Shown here one piece after another: positions 11,025-25,732 of a DNA stretch of 64,000 bases. Numbering within the stretch: the first letter of the stretch is position 1; each line of letters begins with the position of its first letter. The notes beneath the pieces are model-generated. The model ran no database searches. It was not told where the DNA came from and saw only the letters and a program-made list of their open reading frames with translations. Source of the stretch: Cycas panzhihuaensis (taxonomy: Eukaryota; Plantae; Cycadophyta); NCBI GenBank assembly GCA_023213395.1, contig CM041465.1, positions 184,395,741-184,459,740 on the forward strand, written 5' to 3'. The position numbers were made by a program, and so were the translations under genes.

Positions 11025-13807
11025 TGGACCAATGTATACTTGAGTATTTTTATCTTTCCGCTAGGGAATGCTTTCCTTGTATCATCTAAGGGAATGGAGG
11101 GAATGATGTTCTCTACCCTTTTTTTTTTTTGTTATATCATCTGTGATTTTGAAAGATATGCTATTTGGTTGGCATATGTTATTCTTCTTTGTGGCTTTTT
11201 TTGAATGTGTTCATGTGTTAGTGTTGCCTATAATGTGATATCTCGTATCAGGTAACCAATCTTATATGTAGAATGCATTTTGTGGAGTAATGAGCATAGA
11301 GATTGGTTGTCTATACATCTTGGTTATAGTTATATAAGGATGTCATATTATTGTATTTTAAAATGTGTTGAACTAGTATAGGGTGGTATAACTTACAACT
11401 TTTGAAATAAATATGTTGTAAATTTGACATATTGTCAAATTTACAATATATAGGATGTTAGGGTGCATCGGTAAGTACTACCTTTTGACGTAAACACCTC
11501 TAAGGGGGTTTACAGGATTGAACGGAATGAAAGGGTGACAAACCCCGACTATCTAAGAATCGATTCTCTCCTCAAGGATTAACATCTTAAAAAAAATTTG
11601 ATATATTGTAATGTATCATAATTATTAGATATATTAGAGATAAAAACTCGATCATGCATAGTGTTGAATACAAGGTTGGAAGAGAAAATGAGAAGTGCAA
11701 AAGAAACGAAAAGAAATGGAAAGTGGACCCTACCGTGTATTTTTAAACTTTGCAAACTTTTATGTACTTAATATATTATGTAGTAGATGCTAAAGAGATA
11801 TAACTCTTTACAATGTAACCATTTAATACATTTCAATATTTGTATGCCTCTTGTTGTAACTTATCATTTAAATGGTGACAACATTTAAATTTGGCCTAGC
11901 TTTTCCTCTCCTAATATTGAATGGTTATCGAGGCGTGGGAGCAAAGGGTGCTCTGAAAACAATTGTTATGACCTAGGATATTTAAATGAAACTTGTGGTT
12001 AATTTTCTTAGTATATTAGCAAGCGGTCACCTTGGGAGAAGGTGTTAAGCCCATTTTTAGTTGCCAATGTCATTATTTTTGAAAATTTGAAAGCACTTCG
12101 CAATTGTAGTTTTAAATATTTCTATGTTGAAAGTGGTCATATGTTCTATTAAGACATGCATAAGGAGTAGTTTGGGCAATTTTAAAAAGAATCTATGCGA
12201 CCAATTAAACTCTGGCTAATGTAGAAATCATTTTGATTTGTAATTCATGTAACCTTTATGAGAACTCAAGGGGGAGAGATTTTTTTACGAGTGATGGATT
12301 ATAACATGGTATAAGCATCTAGGTAAGATGGAAATTGGTTTGTACATTAGGTTTCACATCTAGATCCCCTTGTGATTTTTAACAAGCAAATAGTTGGTGG
12401 CAAAACACATTTTGTAGACCTTTATAAGAAAGCATGATTTTGTGCAAAACCATTGTCTTATCAACGATTAACAAGCAAACAAGGCATATCAAGCAAGAGA
12501 AAACCAAAGAGAACAAGAAAAATAAATAATCCCTAACTATTCTTCATTGGGAGACAGACAACACATAAAACCTCCTAATAATAGGAGAGTTGTTGGGGGC
12601 CTTGTTGCAACTCTTGACCTCCCTAGGGTTCTTAAACTCAATGCATCCTAACTTGCTTGAAAGAAGGATCAAGCCTAGTCTTATACTTGAAATAAATGTA
12701 AAAAAGACTATGTTGCCCTAATTAAAAGATTGAGAGGACTAATCCAAAGGAGAGGTTAGAAGGAAACAGGATCGTGGGATTGACTCTCTCACGGATAAGT
12801 TGATGGAGACTTGTACTCGCCAGTAACAATCCACACTTATAATTGTGGAAGGTTTAGAATTTCTCATATCCATTTTTAATGGAGAGGTTAGGGGGAATGG
12901 TGTAGTTGATCATAGGGGAGGGATAGGAGGGAGCTATAAGGGAGGGAGGGGATGGACATAGGATCTAGTGTCAAGTTGACTTAGTTGAGGCCTAGAGTTA
13001 TCCTATGAGGGCATATATTTACTTTTGTTGCTTTTCACTTATCTCTTTTACTAAGTTATTGTTGATGTACATGTTTTTGGTGACTTATGCAGTATAGATG
13101 GAATTGACTCATCACTCGTTGTTGATATGTAGGTGATGAGGCGATGGACAAAACAAAGTATTAGCAAAATGAAATTAAGAGAGCTAGTAGGAGAGTGAGA
13201 ACCATCATTTACTTAATCACATAGAGAATCATCTTGCAAAGGAAGGAATGTTAACAAGTCTTTGATCTAAGTAACAAAGGTTCGTCTAAATGTGCGTAAA
13301 GTTGATTAACAGTGCAAGTTTGTTTGAAGTGGGGCTCAATTGAATGATGAGGAAGAACACGTAGGTGAAAAAGTTGCATCTTGCCCAACTGAGTTGGGGA
13401 AGAGAGGCTCTACTAGGGCTAGAACCAAAAGGAGGAAATGAAAAGAGACAACATGCTTATTTTTGTGCTTTTTGTAAATTTATGATTTTTAAAATTTAGA
13501 GGGATTACTACATATATGCAATTTATACTTGATTTTGGAGGATGGAAACTCTAAAAGGGAGAGTAGAAATGCATAGGGAAGAGTGAGATATCCCCAACTT
13601 GGAAGAGAGTAGCTAAAAATGATTTAAGTATCCCATCTCTAAGGATTTGGGATTAGTTGGTTTGTATAGTGATTAGGATCACCTAATAAAGCAATCAATG
13701 GCAATCCCTTGGGAATGTAAGTATGCATTGCATTACATCCCCTCTAAAGGGGAAGTTGAATGCAACCTAACAAACATGACTAAGAAGAGTTGTAGGAATA
13801 CTTATCA

Positions 13808-16800
13808 TCATTTGGTTCGAAGGGTGGGTAGCCACTTATCAAATAAGTAGAAGAAACTACTTGATAAGTAACAAATCTCATGAGGCATGTTGGATTCTCC
13901 CTTGGCTATTTCTAGGTGTAGGAGATTTTTACGTAGTTTATCATGGGGGTATTCCAACTTGAGCACTTTCTTACCCACACGAAACTTCTTAGGCCTAAGA
14001 TGCTTGTCATGAGTGGCTTGGGCTTTATTTTTAGAAGCTAAGTTTTTTTTGATAAGCATCAAGGGTGAGTCTCATCAAACTTTTCAAGTTCTAATAGCTT
14101 AACTTGCATTAATCATTCTTTTTCAGTGAAATGTTTGAATGACACTTGAAGGGAGAGAATCTCCACCTCTAAGGGAAGAAGGACTTCAATGCCCTAGACT
14201 AAAGAAAATGGGGTCATTTCCATTGCATTTTATGTAAAAGTGCAATATGGCCATAAGGTAAGAAAAAGTTGGGTGTGCCAAATCCTTATGGGAATTGGCC
14301 ATTGTTTAAGGCAAAATCTCAGCCAGTGTTTTGTTAAAGGCTTCGATTTGGCCATTAGCTTGTGAGTAGAATGAGGATGATGTGTTATGCATGATATGGA
14401 ACTTGTTGCATAACTCATCAATGTAGGTGTTGTAGAATGAGATCCCATTGTCTATGATAATGACATTAGGGATTTCAAATCTACAAATAATGTATTATAA
14501 GATGAAAGTGGTGACCACTTTCTCAGTTGTAGTGCTTAATGAAACCGCCTCACTCCACCTTGTGAAATACTCGGTGAAAGTTAATATGAACTTATGACTG
14601 TCAGACGATGCAGTATATATTTATCCAATGAGGTCAAGGGCCCATTGGAAAAATGGCCACGGTGAGAGGACAACTCTCAGTGAAGTGGTTAGTTGATGAA
14701 TTAAGGAGGAGTATGCTTGGCACCTCTCACATTTCTATACATGGATATATGCATCTTTAAACAACGTAGGTCACCATTTAAAGGATGTGCTAGGTAATGG
14801 ACTAGCCATTGAAGTAACCACCACATATGCCGTCATGGCATCTAGTTAGAGCAACTTGTGTTTAAGTAAGGCATCTCAATAAGAGTCCATTGAAGGAGCA
14901 CTTGTAAAGGACCTCGTTGAATAGTAAATACTAGTGCATGGCTATTTCAACTCTTTTCCTTTTCATGGAAGAGGCATCCAAAGGGTAGATTTGATCTTGT
15001 AGATAAGTTTGGATGTCATGAGACAAGTGTGTTTCATTTTTGTTTGGGACAACATCTATTTGGAAGATGTGTTTGCTTGTGAGCGCATCATTAATGATGT
15101 CATAGTCCATAATGGGAAGGGGTGTTGCAACAAGTTATCGAGCCACAACCATGCCTTTCTTTGGCTTGCGATTAGCGATTCACAAGTCAAATTCTTGGAG
15201 TAGCAAGGCCCACTTGTTCATTTGCCCAGTAAAATTAGCTTTGATGAGTAAGAGGTGAATGGGATTTGATTACACAATGATATGTGTGGTGTTGTCAAGT
15301 AAAAATGTTACAATTTCTTAGTTACAAAGACTAAGACTAAACATTCATTTTCAAATGGTAATTAATTTGTTTTCATAGTCACTAAGGTGCGACTAACGAA
15401 GTAAACAATTCACTCTCATCCAAAGTCATCTTCTTGCATGATCATACCCCTAAGGATTCCTCGATGGAAGATATATACAAGATGAAAGTTTTATCAAGAT
15501 GACCAAAGAGAGTGTGGGAGTAAAAACTAATGGTTGCTTGAGTTTATCAAATGATTCTTGGGCAATTGGGGTCCACTCAAGAGAAGCTCCCTCTTTAAAG
15601 AGATTTGTAAGGGGCTTTGCATTTAGAATGAAGTTGGCAATGAACCTTTGAAGGAACCCAAGCCTCCTAAGAAACAACTTTGATTTATTTCTTATTATTC
15701 GGTGGGGGCATTTCAACTATTGTCTTGGCTTTGTCAAGGTTTGCCTGAATGCTGTTTCTTGCAATTAACAATAATGTGCACTTCTTTGAGTATTTTACTA
15801 TGTGCACTTTATGATAAAGAGTCAATTAATGAGAGGATTAGTTACTCTCATGTAACCTCCTTAACTCCTCAATTCTCTCCTTAAATCAAAGAGTAAATTA
15901 TTGTTTCATGAATGTTTTTTTAAAACCAAGAGTTTGAAGATGGCTGCATTGGAGTTTTTGGAGCATATATGAACATGTGTTGTAGGCAAAATAATACAAA
16001 CAATTCTTTATTGATTTTATTACTACAATTTTCACTGTCTCTTGCTCCCTTTTTTTAGTTTTAATGTAGTCCAATTTCTTGTTTTTTTGCCATGGTATTA
16101 GAGTCTGCGGTTTATTTTGTGAAAATTTTCACAATTTCTTGTCATAAATAAGATGTTTGAGGCATTATTGTTGCAGTTTACTGCTTCTTTGTGAGTTTTT
16201 GTAGATTATATGCAAACCCACAAGGGTTTTCGGATGGAAAATGAAATGTTTTTGATGGTTGAGTGACTTTGAGACAAGTGGGCTCTCAAAACTTAGTGAT
16301 TTTGTAGTTTTTGATGTTGAATTGTTTCTAATTCGTTGAGATCAACTTTATAGCAATTATTGCTTTAAAAACAAGATTTTTTGCCATCATTTTGACTCTG
16401 GAAGCTTAAGAAGTTGGGAGGGTTTTAAAATTACGTTTCAACTTATTTTTTCTTTGTAATCATTTTTTCTCGTGTTTGAGGTTGCAATTGTGTAGATCAT
16501 GCTCGAGAACCTTAAAATCAATTTCCTATTGGTTGATTTTCGTCTTCATTTATCTCTGGTGTGAAAATTGACCTCCACAGTTACGTGCGTAAAAATATTG
16601 ACAGCTACGAATTTTTATTTTGTATGCAATTGATTTTTTTAATAATTTAAAGTTTCAAATTTTAGTGTAGCGAAATTAAATTGATTTATGTAATGTTTAA
16701 GGTTCGCAGCTTTGTGTTTTTGCCCACACGGTCCCATTGTGAAGGGGACTTTAATGTCTGAAAGGTTCTAATTGCCTTATCTTTTCTGTTATATCTTCAT

Positions 16801-19800
16801 TTTAAAAAATTCAAGTTGTTGTAATCATATTTTGAGTTGCATTTTCATAATTTGAGATTGGATTTGTAAATGGACCTTGTGACCTCGAAGTATTCATATA
16901 AATTCACCTTTGCGGTCACGATTTTATTGTAGTTTTTGTTATTATGTTGAGTGTAAACGTAGTTGGTTACATTCTACCAGAGTCATAAAAACTAAATGAC
17001 AAAAAATATGTAATATAGAAGTTAAAAAATTTCAATATCTTAGCTTTAAAAAGATTAATAAAAATTGTTGAAGGCAAGGAACCTAAGCCGACGCCCTCTC
17101 AAGCTCAAACGATTGTTAAAACGTTTGTTGGAGCAACCTTTGTGACTTCAATGGTAACAATTAAAGATATGGAAGATTGGGAGGATAAAGATTAAGAAGC
17201 ATTTATGATTATTGGTTTGTCTATTGCAGATGAACTAATTGCACACATGCAAGGCAAGTCACCATCAACTATGGAAAACACTAAAAGATCTGTATGAAAC
17301 AAACAACCAAATTAGAGTTTTGTACGTAAGGAATCAATTGTATGCATGTGAAATGACAACTGATGACTTTGTATTCATCTATTCGCGAAGATTTAAGGAG
17401 ATTGGAGATCAACTAATTACCATTGGTGAGAGAGTTAAGGAGAGAGAAACTTGCGAGTATAACTTTGAATAGCCTCCATGAAGGCTATCGCATTTTTGTT
17501 ACTACCCTATGCCTGATGGAGAGATAACAACCTTTAACATTCAAAGAGTTCATTGGATTTTTTACATGAAGAATATTGTATGGGTGGATATATTAGTAAT
17601 AATAGTGCAATGGTGTTGTCTTCTAAGTTTAAGAGGAAACTACAAGTGAATGCTCCTAAACAAGTTTTATCTCCTAGCACTAGCGAATCCAAAGGGAAGA
17701 AGGATATCACGTGCACCTATTATAAAACACTGGTCACCTAGAAAAGAATTGTTGGAGAAAAAAGACAGATAAAAAGAGGAAAGTAGTTGGTAAGGCCACG
17801 ATCTTGTCTGTTAATGAAAAGGTCTGTGTTCTGTACTGTTTTTGGTGCTTTGGGTACTTGGTATGTTGATTCAGGAGCCTCTAACCATGAGGAATGATTT
17901 GAACTCAAGGAAGATAACAGTTTGATCATTGATTTAGGTGATGACAATTAACATAGTGCAGTAGATAAAGATACAATTGTTCTTAGGCAATTTGGTAATA
18001 AGATCAAATATGAGGATGATGAGACATTTAAAGTAGTCCTCTATGTTAATGATCTCATTTTCACCTATCGTAGTACTTTTCATATAGAATCTCTTAAAAA
18101 TGACTTTTTCAAAGTCTTTTAGATAATTAATCTTGGTATTCTGCATTACTACTTTGGATTGGAGTTTTGGTAGAATAATGATAGCAGTTTTGTTTCACAA
18201 TCCATGTATGCACATAGTTTGTTGAAATGTTTTCATATGGAGGATTGTAAGCCAATGGCTATTCCCATGGAAGCTAGTGTCAAGTTGATACAAGAAGGAG
18301 ATATTATGATTGTTGATGAGGCTTTATATAGACAGTTAGTAAGTAGTCTTATTTACCTCACTAATACGAGGTTTGTTATCAATTATGCTATTGATGTTAT
18401 AGCTTGTTTTATGAATGCTTCATCCATTTCTCATTGGAAGGCAACAAAGCGCATACTGAAGTATGTTAAGGGCACTATTAGATTTAGACTTTTTTTCTTA
18501 AGAGATGATGAGTTCGCATGGCTATATTGACTCAGATTGGGCTAGAGATGTTGATGATCAGAGACTAATAATAAGATTTTTGTTTACATCTGGTTTTGGT
18601 TTGATTTCTTGGTGTAGTAAGAAACATGCCACCATCTCATTGTTTTTTACAAAAGCAGAGTATAAAGCTACGATTATAGCTACATGTGAAAGGTTAAGGA
18701 GGTTATTTGGATATTTTGATCTTTTTTAGAACGAGTTTACGTTATTTTATGATAATCAAAGTGTAATTCAGTTATTGAAGAATCTAGTCTTTCATATTAG
18801 GACAAAGCATGTGGAAGTACAATATCACTTTCATTCGAGAAGAGGTGTAGGGTAAGGTAGTTAGGGTAGTGCATTGCCTAATAGAGGACCAACTTGTTGA
18901 TATTCTCACTAAGGCTTTGAGTTGTGAGAAATTTAAGAGGCTCAAGAAGCTCTTACTTGTAAGAAATAATGAATTATATATTATAAAGGGGAGTTAAAAA
19001 TAATATGCACTTCATTGTGTATTTCATTATGTATATTTTATAATGTTAATTATGTGCATTTTATGATAAAGAGTCAACTAATGAGAGAATTAATTGTTTT
19101 CACATAAGTTTCTCAACTCCTTGATTCACTTCTTAAATCAAGGAGTAAATTATTGTCTCATGAATGTTTTTTACAAATCAAGAGTGTGAAGTTGGCTGTA
19201 TTAAAGTTTTGGGAGCCAAATAAAAGCATGTGCTGTAGGTGCATTAATACAAATAATTCTTTATTAATTTTATTTTTGCAATTTTTATATTTTCTCTTGC
19301 TTCATTTTCTTAGTTTCAATGCAGTCCCATTTCTTGCTTTTCTGACGGAAATAATATTCTCAAGCATGTTATTCAAGGTAACTGTAAACTCTCATTTATT
19401 AGAGTTAAGGTATAATTCAAAGACAGTTCTTAGATCACAGATGTGATCTTTCTAGTATTGTGACATCGCCAACATATTGCTAAGGTAAACTATGACAATG
19501 ACTCCTCATAATTCATGGAATATAAATATGATAGCTTGTTAGCAGGTTGCCCCAACATTTTAAAGACCAACGGGCATGACCTTATAAGCAAACATACGCC
19601 ATGGCATAGTGAACACTATTTTGTGATGATTCTCAGGTGAGATGAGAATTTGATTATATTATGAGAAATCATCCATGAGAGACATCACTTTAAACCTCAC
19701 AGTTTAATTCCAAATTTGGTCAAGGAAGGGTAATGGAAAATTATCCTTCAGACACAAATTGATAAGGTAATGAAAAACAATACAAATATAAATGGAATCA

Positions 19801-20160
19801 TTTCTTTTTGTAATAGAAACAATGCTTAATACTAATTGAGAATAATCTATTGTCTCGATAAAATCAACTTTCAATAGCTTCTCAACTACTTGCTTGATCA
19901 TTGTAAAAAGATGACAGTGAATGGGCCTCTTCTTTTGTTACTTGGTTTGGCCTCGAGAATGGTGGTAATGCTGTGGACTCTATGGTGTCAAGGCGTAAAC
20001 CCTTTATGTCACTATAGTCCCATGCAAATATTGTAAATAACTCTTTGAAGAGTTCTCTAACTTGTTGGACTTCAAAAGGTGAGCAATCAATTCTTACTTT
20101 GATTATTCTTAGTTTGTTATCAAGTTTGACATCAATAGTCATAGTCTCCCCAACTAACAT
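13808..20160 (-). pseudogene. Degenerate Gypsy pol (RT-RNaseH-integrase), split by the Copia at 15766-19347
   Basis: FAWDYSDIKGL, CLKDNFPLPFLDQ, YKVMPVGLKNVGATC, LGFLQRFIANF, PFFQWALDLIG, FTEYFTRWSEAV, HDKHLRPKKFRVG. The reading MLENIIS|RNSIQANLDKAK joins across the insertion. Confidence 0.85.
15766..19347 (+). mobile_element. Ty1/Copia LTR retrotransposon, internally deleted (gag-PR joined to RT C-terminus/RNaseH; integrase missing)
   Basis: LTRs 15766-16092 and ~18994-19347. PBS tggtattagag at 16093, PPT aaaggggag ~18985, TSD gcaat/gaaat. Motifs WYVDSGASNH, LYVNDLIF, DSDWARD, RTKHVEVQYHF. Confidence 0.9.
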
Positions 20161-22636
20161 TGTGTTGACTTCCTCGAAGTGAGGGGGTGTAGATTCTAGT
20201 AGGGGAGGAGTGCAAGACTCTTGAATTGGAGTTGCTAAAGGTGAGTTAGGTTGAATATGTTTGGTAAAGCCAAGTTTATGATAATTAGAAGGGAGGTTGG
20301 AAGAGGCTCATGCCAAATGTTCTAAAACGGCCTCATTGTTTTCAAAGTGATTGAGGCTAAGAATGGCTCTTCAAACAGGGCTTTGTTGACAAGGAAGATT
20401 ATGAAGAGGCAAGTCAAGTGTGAATGGCTCTTATGATGAGGCACTAGGAGTGTAAGGAAGGATATCGACAAGAATTGACGCATTAGGTGTTAAGACCCAC
20501 CTATGTGGGAAGGTCACAATTGAGTTGGGCAAGAAGATTAAATTGTGGGTTAAGAATAGGTTAATGAGCTAGATCATAAGAGAGATGAATGAGAGGGAGG
20601 AAATCCTCATTATTGTAAGGCGAGCCTTTAATTGAGTGGCTTCAAAGGAGGATTACCTTGTGGGGAAATCATGGTGATTATGTTGACCTCTTTCGCCTCC
20701 TCTTCACCTCCTTTCGAAAGTAGTTTGGTGGTGAAGTAGTGCTCGAACACTAGTGAGTCAAATGGAGAAGAAGACCGTCCTTCCTCAAATACTGTATCAA
20801 TGAGGGGGATATATTGTCTGATAGGGTTGCTCTCAATGCTTGATGAACTTGAGCTTGCTATCGTGTATAAACTTGAGCTTAGCTAAAAAGTGAAGAGTAA
20901 AAGGTTGACACTTGATTGATCCGTGATTGTCCTAACCACAGATTGGATTCTAGGTTTAGGTTAAGGGTGGTGACTTTCATCTTAAATATTTTCTCTTCAA
21001 GCATGACTTGGTCGATCAAGGTCTTTCGATTTTTGTGATAGCCTTGATATATCTAATCAACATGCTTACATGTTGATGCACCGCGAGGTCTTTTAGGAGT
21101 CAGAGAGATATAACATTAACTAAGGACCCTTCATCAATAATGCATCATTTGATGTTGATATCCTTTTTAAGGATTTCAATGTAAAACATGACGAGCTTAT
21201 CATGACTGCTCTCTTCTTCACTAATTAACGTGGAGTGATAAAAGAGTAGGGTTCGTTTGATGGGGGAACTAGGCCTAGCCACCCCAAGAGTATTAAGTAA
21301 GAGTTGTCTTTGGCCAAGGCAACTCTTAGGGAGATCCATGATATAAATTCCTATTGGAACAATATTCAGCTCCTTAATGAGTGAGAGGGTGCCCTCCTTT
21401 ATGTACTAAGGGATAGACCTAATATAGATAAGCCTAGTGGGTAATTATGGAAGTGGGTCTAACTACTTGCCCTTAGGGGGCGACCTTGGTGACCATCTTT
21501 GAGCTCCCTGCCTTTAATAGGTGGTTTGTTGTGCATATTTGTATTATTAGTTACACATTTTAGTAATGGAGATCCCTTGTTTTGGCCTCAAATTAGAGTT
21601 TTCAATGTCAAGGTCATCTTGAACTTTAGATTTGCTTTTGTCTTTAGGGCTCTTCTTGTTGTGGTTAAGTAGTGGCTCTTTATGAATTAATTGATCTTCA
21701 TTTGGCCTAGAGGTAGGATTCTTATTGTCTTGACCATGTTGAGCAAGTGCTTTAATATGTGTTAATCCTTACGATTATGTGTGTTGATCTAATAATAGGA
21801 ACACCAAAGCGTCTTCGTGGGAAGTGGATTACTAAAATCTTGTCCTTTCTTTTGCTCAACATAGTGGGTGACCTTGCTTTCCTTTTTAGGTTTAGAGGAA
21901 GGAGAAGGGTCATTGCATTACTTGATGTTAATTAACCTCTCAAAAGCTCAGACGTTAGAAATGAGATGATCATAAGTACGATCGCTTTGAGAATATTTTG
22001 ACTTTAGCACGGAGTTATATTTATCCTTGGAAACAAGGGCTTTAGCCAATTTCTTGTTTTGTCTTAAATCTTGAATGCTTAAAGGGCCAAACGCTTTTTG
22101 ATGGCTTTTTCATAGGATAAAGGTCTTAACTTGAGAATCTTAAGATGCACTTGGCATCTCAAGGCATTAGTAAACACATTGAAACACAAGTCATTATCTA
22201 AGGGGGCTTAGCAAGCATGGACCAAGTTCAAAAAATGACATACAAAGTCACGGGATGACTCATCACTCTCCATGCTTAACAAAACGTAGGGCCTTAGTGC
22301 CTATTTCAAATGGTCGCGTGACATCAAAATAATCAATGAAAGTATTGACTAATTACTAAAAAGTAAAGATGGGAGTCGATTTAAGTTGGTAGAACCATTT
22401 TATGGTGTTGCCTTAAAGTGTCTTAGGGAATAACCTCATCATAATATAATTATATGGGAGGTAGTCAACATATGTTGATGCAAAAGCTTGGACATGCTTA
22501 GTTGGGTCTTAGGTAGATTCCCTAAATTCAAGTAATTCTGGGAGGAAAGGAGGTAAGGGGGATAGAAAAACATCTTGCAAAAATGTGTCTTATAACCAAC
22601 GTATGAGCTCCTATCTCTTAGCTAGGGGGCCGTTTG

Positions 22637-25393
22637 TGAAAGAAACATAGGCAAACAAAACATACTCTGATACCACTCGTAAGAAACTAAATGCCCATAC
22701 ATAGGTTCATGATTTAATAAGACTATGAAATAAAGACATACATGTGAACAATAAATAAAATAACATGCATAAACACATAACATAATATATTTATGGGAAA
22801 TGACTACTTCCAATTGTATTACGCCAAATCAAACACACACACACATACACATATAGTATATATTACCACCTAGTTGTTCAATTATATTCTAGGAGTTAGT
22901 CAATCAATGACTAATTACAATGAAAAATTGTGCATACTACTACTCTCTAATGCACATTAAAGGGATAACTATATTATTTTACATCAAATAAATATTCACA
23001 TGGATTAACATTACGTAACATTCCTATTTTAATGTTAAACTATGCTACATAATTACTTCAAATCTTGATACCGAGTTTATATAAAAGCCAAATATCTATC
23101 AGAGTACATGGGTAACTAATTGCTATACTTTCCAGTCCTCTAGAATGACATTCTTGTACATGGTTCACTAATATTTACCTGTTAAGTAGTTATTACCTGC
23201 TCTAATTTAACTTATTTTTGCCTTTCCTCTACCTCAATGAGAGAAACTTAGTTATAAAACATTAGCCCCATCCACTACATTGTGGAATAAATATATAAAG
23301 ATGGTTATCTGAGTAGAACCATGTGATAAAACACTTTTTTAAAAAATCTTAGATTATATTTTAATACCCTGTCAACTTAATGTTCAAATTTCATACTATT
23401 AAATCTGCTTTAAAAAATCTTCAAAGCATACCGTGCAACCACTTGTTGGAAAGCCTCACGAGTCAACTTTGTGATGCAACTAATAATATTCAATTCTAAT
23501 GTCGTATGATGGAGTTATGGCCATTTTTGTGAGTACATATATACTCTTAGTGGAAAAAAAAAAAAGGAAAAACTTTTTTGAGTTAGTCTTTGGTCACTTT
23601 AAAACATCACGTGTGACCTCTCAAGGGGCTTGTGGACTTTAAACACATCTTAAAAATATTTAAATATAACTTAATAAGGTTTTAAAATTTTAGATTAAGA
23701 GAAATCAAATGTTAATTGGTCATTTGACATGTGCTTAGGTTGGGTGCGCCTGTGAGCGATTCAATGGGTCACACACTTTAATCTTCAACTTAATCACAAT
23801 CAGTAACATCTCTTAAGGGTAAAGCGGACCTTCTAGTTGCAACGATAACATTAGTTTTGCCTAGAACTTGCTCATGGTGGAGAAAATAGTAATGGGAAGC
23901 GCTTAATTTTCCTCATTTCTCTTCAAGTCTACTATGAAGGTGACCAATATAGAATAGAGCTTCCCAAACACATATAATATGCTCAATGCTCCATGCAGGA
24001 CTACTAGAAACTGCCAGTAGTTGTCCTTTGTCACAAACTGTTTTTAGAAATTGATTAACATGCAGTTTCAGTCTATTGAGAAGAGGCCAGCCCTGTAACA
24101 AGTGCCTTACCTTAGAATAGAGTTGCCAAGAGATAGATTTTTATCATATTTGATTTCTATCACTTGATTTTAGCATTCAATGCTCAAACACAAGGCTTTT
24201 CTCGAGTTTATATGTTGGCACCACTTTAGAAATCCTTCAAATCCTCTTTTTTGCTACATATAAGAAATGAAGAGGATAGACAACAACTCTTTTCATCAAA
24301 TGTCAACTATTAAATCCTTCAACTTAATGATGGGGTGATGCATTCAATAAAACTCCAACAACCTGTTTCTTATTGCACATACATAATTGGCCAACCATTC
24401 CTTTTTATGTATAGGTTCTCAATGTATCAACAAGCTCTACACTAAGCTCCAAACTCGTTAGTTTTCTTCACATAAGCCAATGAATCATCTATTGCTCTTA
24501 ACATGCTGCAAAACCCTCTTAAATCATGGTATCACTTCATGACAGAGGGCAAAATCATGGCCAATCTGCCACAACATTAGCTTCATAGGGTGATCAGGTT
24601 TGTATCTGAAGTCTTGCTCTTGCATTGACGTGCAACACCTACATGTATATTGGCAAAACATGCAAATAACTAGTATAAAAATAAATGAAACATGTGACAA
24701 GCTTTTGTGGGATTTGAGATAATTGCAAAACCTGTGCTCTGGACAAGATTTATACCACGTAGGCACCAACATATTTTAAAGTGCCCTATATACTTCTAGT
24801 TTGAAACCATTAATAACTTATGGTAGAACTTCACCTTTTAAATAAACAGACTACCCCCCTTATTGGTCACAAATAGGCATACTTAAAATAAGATTAGAAT
24901 AAGCCTTTAATGGGTGATACACTTATAGTCTTATAACCTAACTCGGATCAAAATTAGGCTTGGACCAAAGCTCTGATAGGCTTACCACCGAACTAAAACC
25001 CTAGCTCTAATACTAATTGAAAGAAATATAGACAAATAAAACATACTCCGATACCACTTACAAGAAAGTAAATGCCCATACATAGCTCTAAGATCTAACA
25101 AGACTATGAAATAAAAACATATAGGTGAATAATAAATGAAAGAATATGTACAAATATATAACACAATATACTTGTGGGAAATGACCACTTACAATTGTGT
25201 TATAACAAACCAATGCATATATATAGTACATATCACCACTTAGTTGTCTAATCACATTTTATGAGTCACTTAGTCAGTCAATGACTAGTTATAATGAAGA
25301 AGTGTGTATAATATAACCCTTTAGTGCACATTAAAGGGATAACCATATTGATTTCGTCAATTAAATATTTGCATAGGTTAACATTACCCAACA
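22637..25393 (-). mobile_element. Old, deleted Copia-type LTR element (2.76 kb)
   Basis: LTRs 22637-23020 and 25018-25393 (TG...CA). TSD gtttg/atttg. Degenerate PBS gctctaatacta at 25004-25015, PPT-like aaaataggaa next to 23021. Very decayed RT-like remnants at ~24000-24700. Confidence 0.75.
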
Positions 25394-25732
25394 ATTTGAG
25401 AGCCGAGTTGTGTTAGGGTTAATTTCTTAGATGCTTTTCCATAGGTAGGGTACCTAGGGTAAGATCGATGTTATTACTCTAAAAACCTAAAGTTAAGTCT
25501 TATGATAGGATATGAAGATGCTACCCCCTAAGGAAGTAAGGCTTTTAGATATTGGGATGTGGGTGGCACATATGGTCTAGAACTAACTAGTTGGCTTAAG
25601 TAGCCTTGTTGAGTGGGTGTAGGTGCTAAACCATAAAGAGATATAGGGTTTTGCCATAACTAGGTGGCGTATGCATATGGAGCCTATTGGATTGCATTAG
25701 GTATAAGTGGTGGTCACTGATAGGTCATGGGA

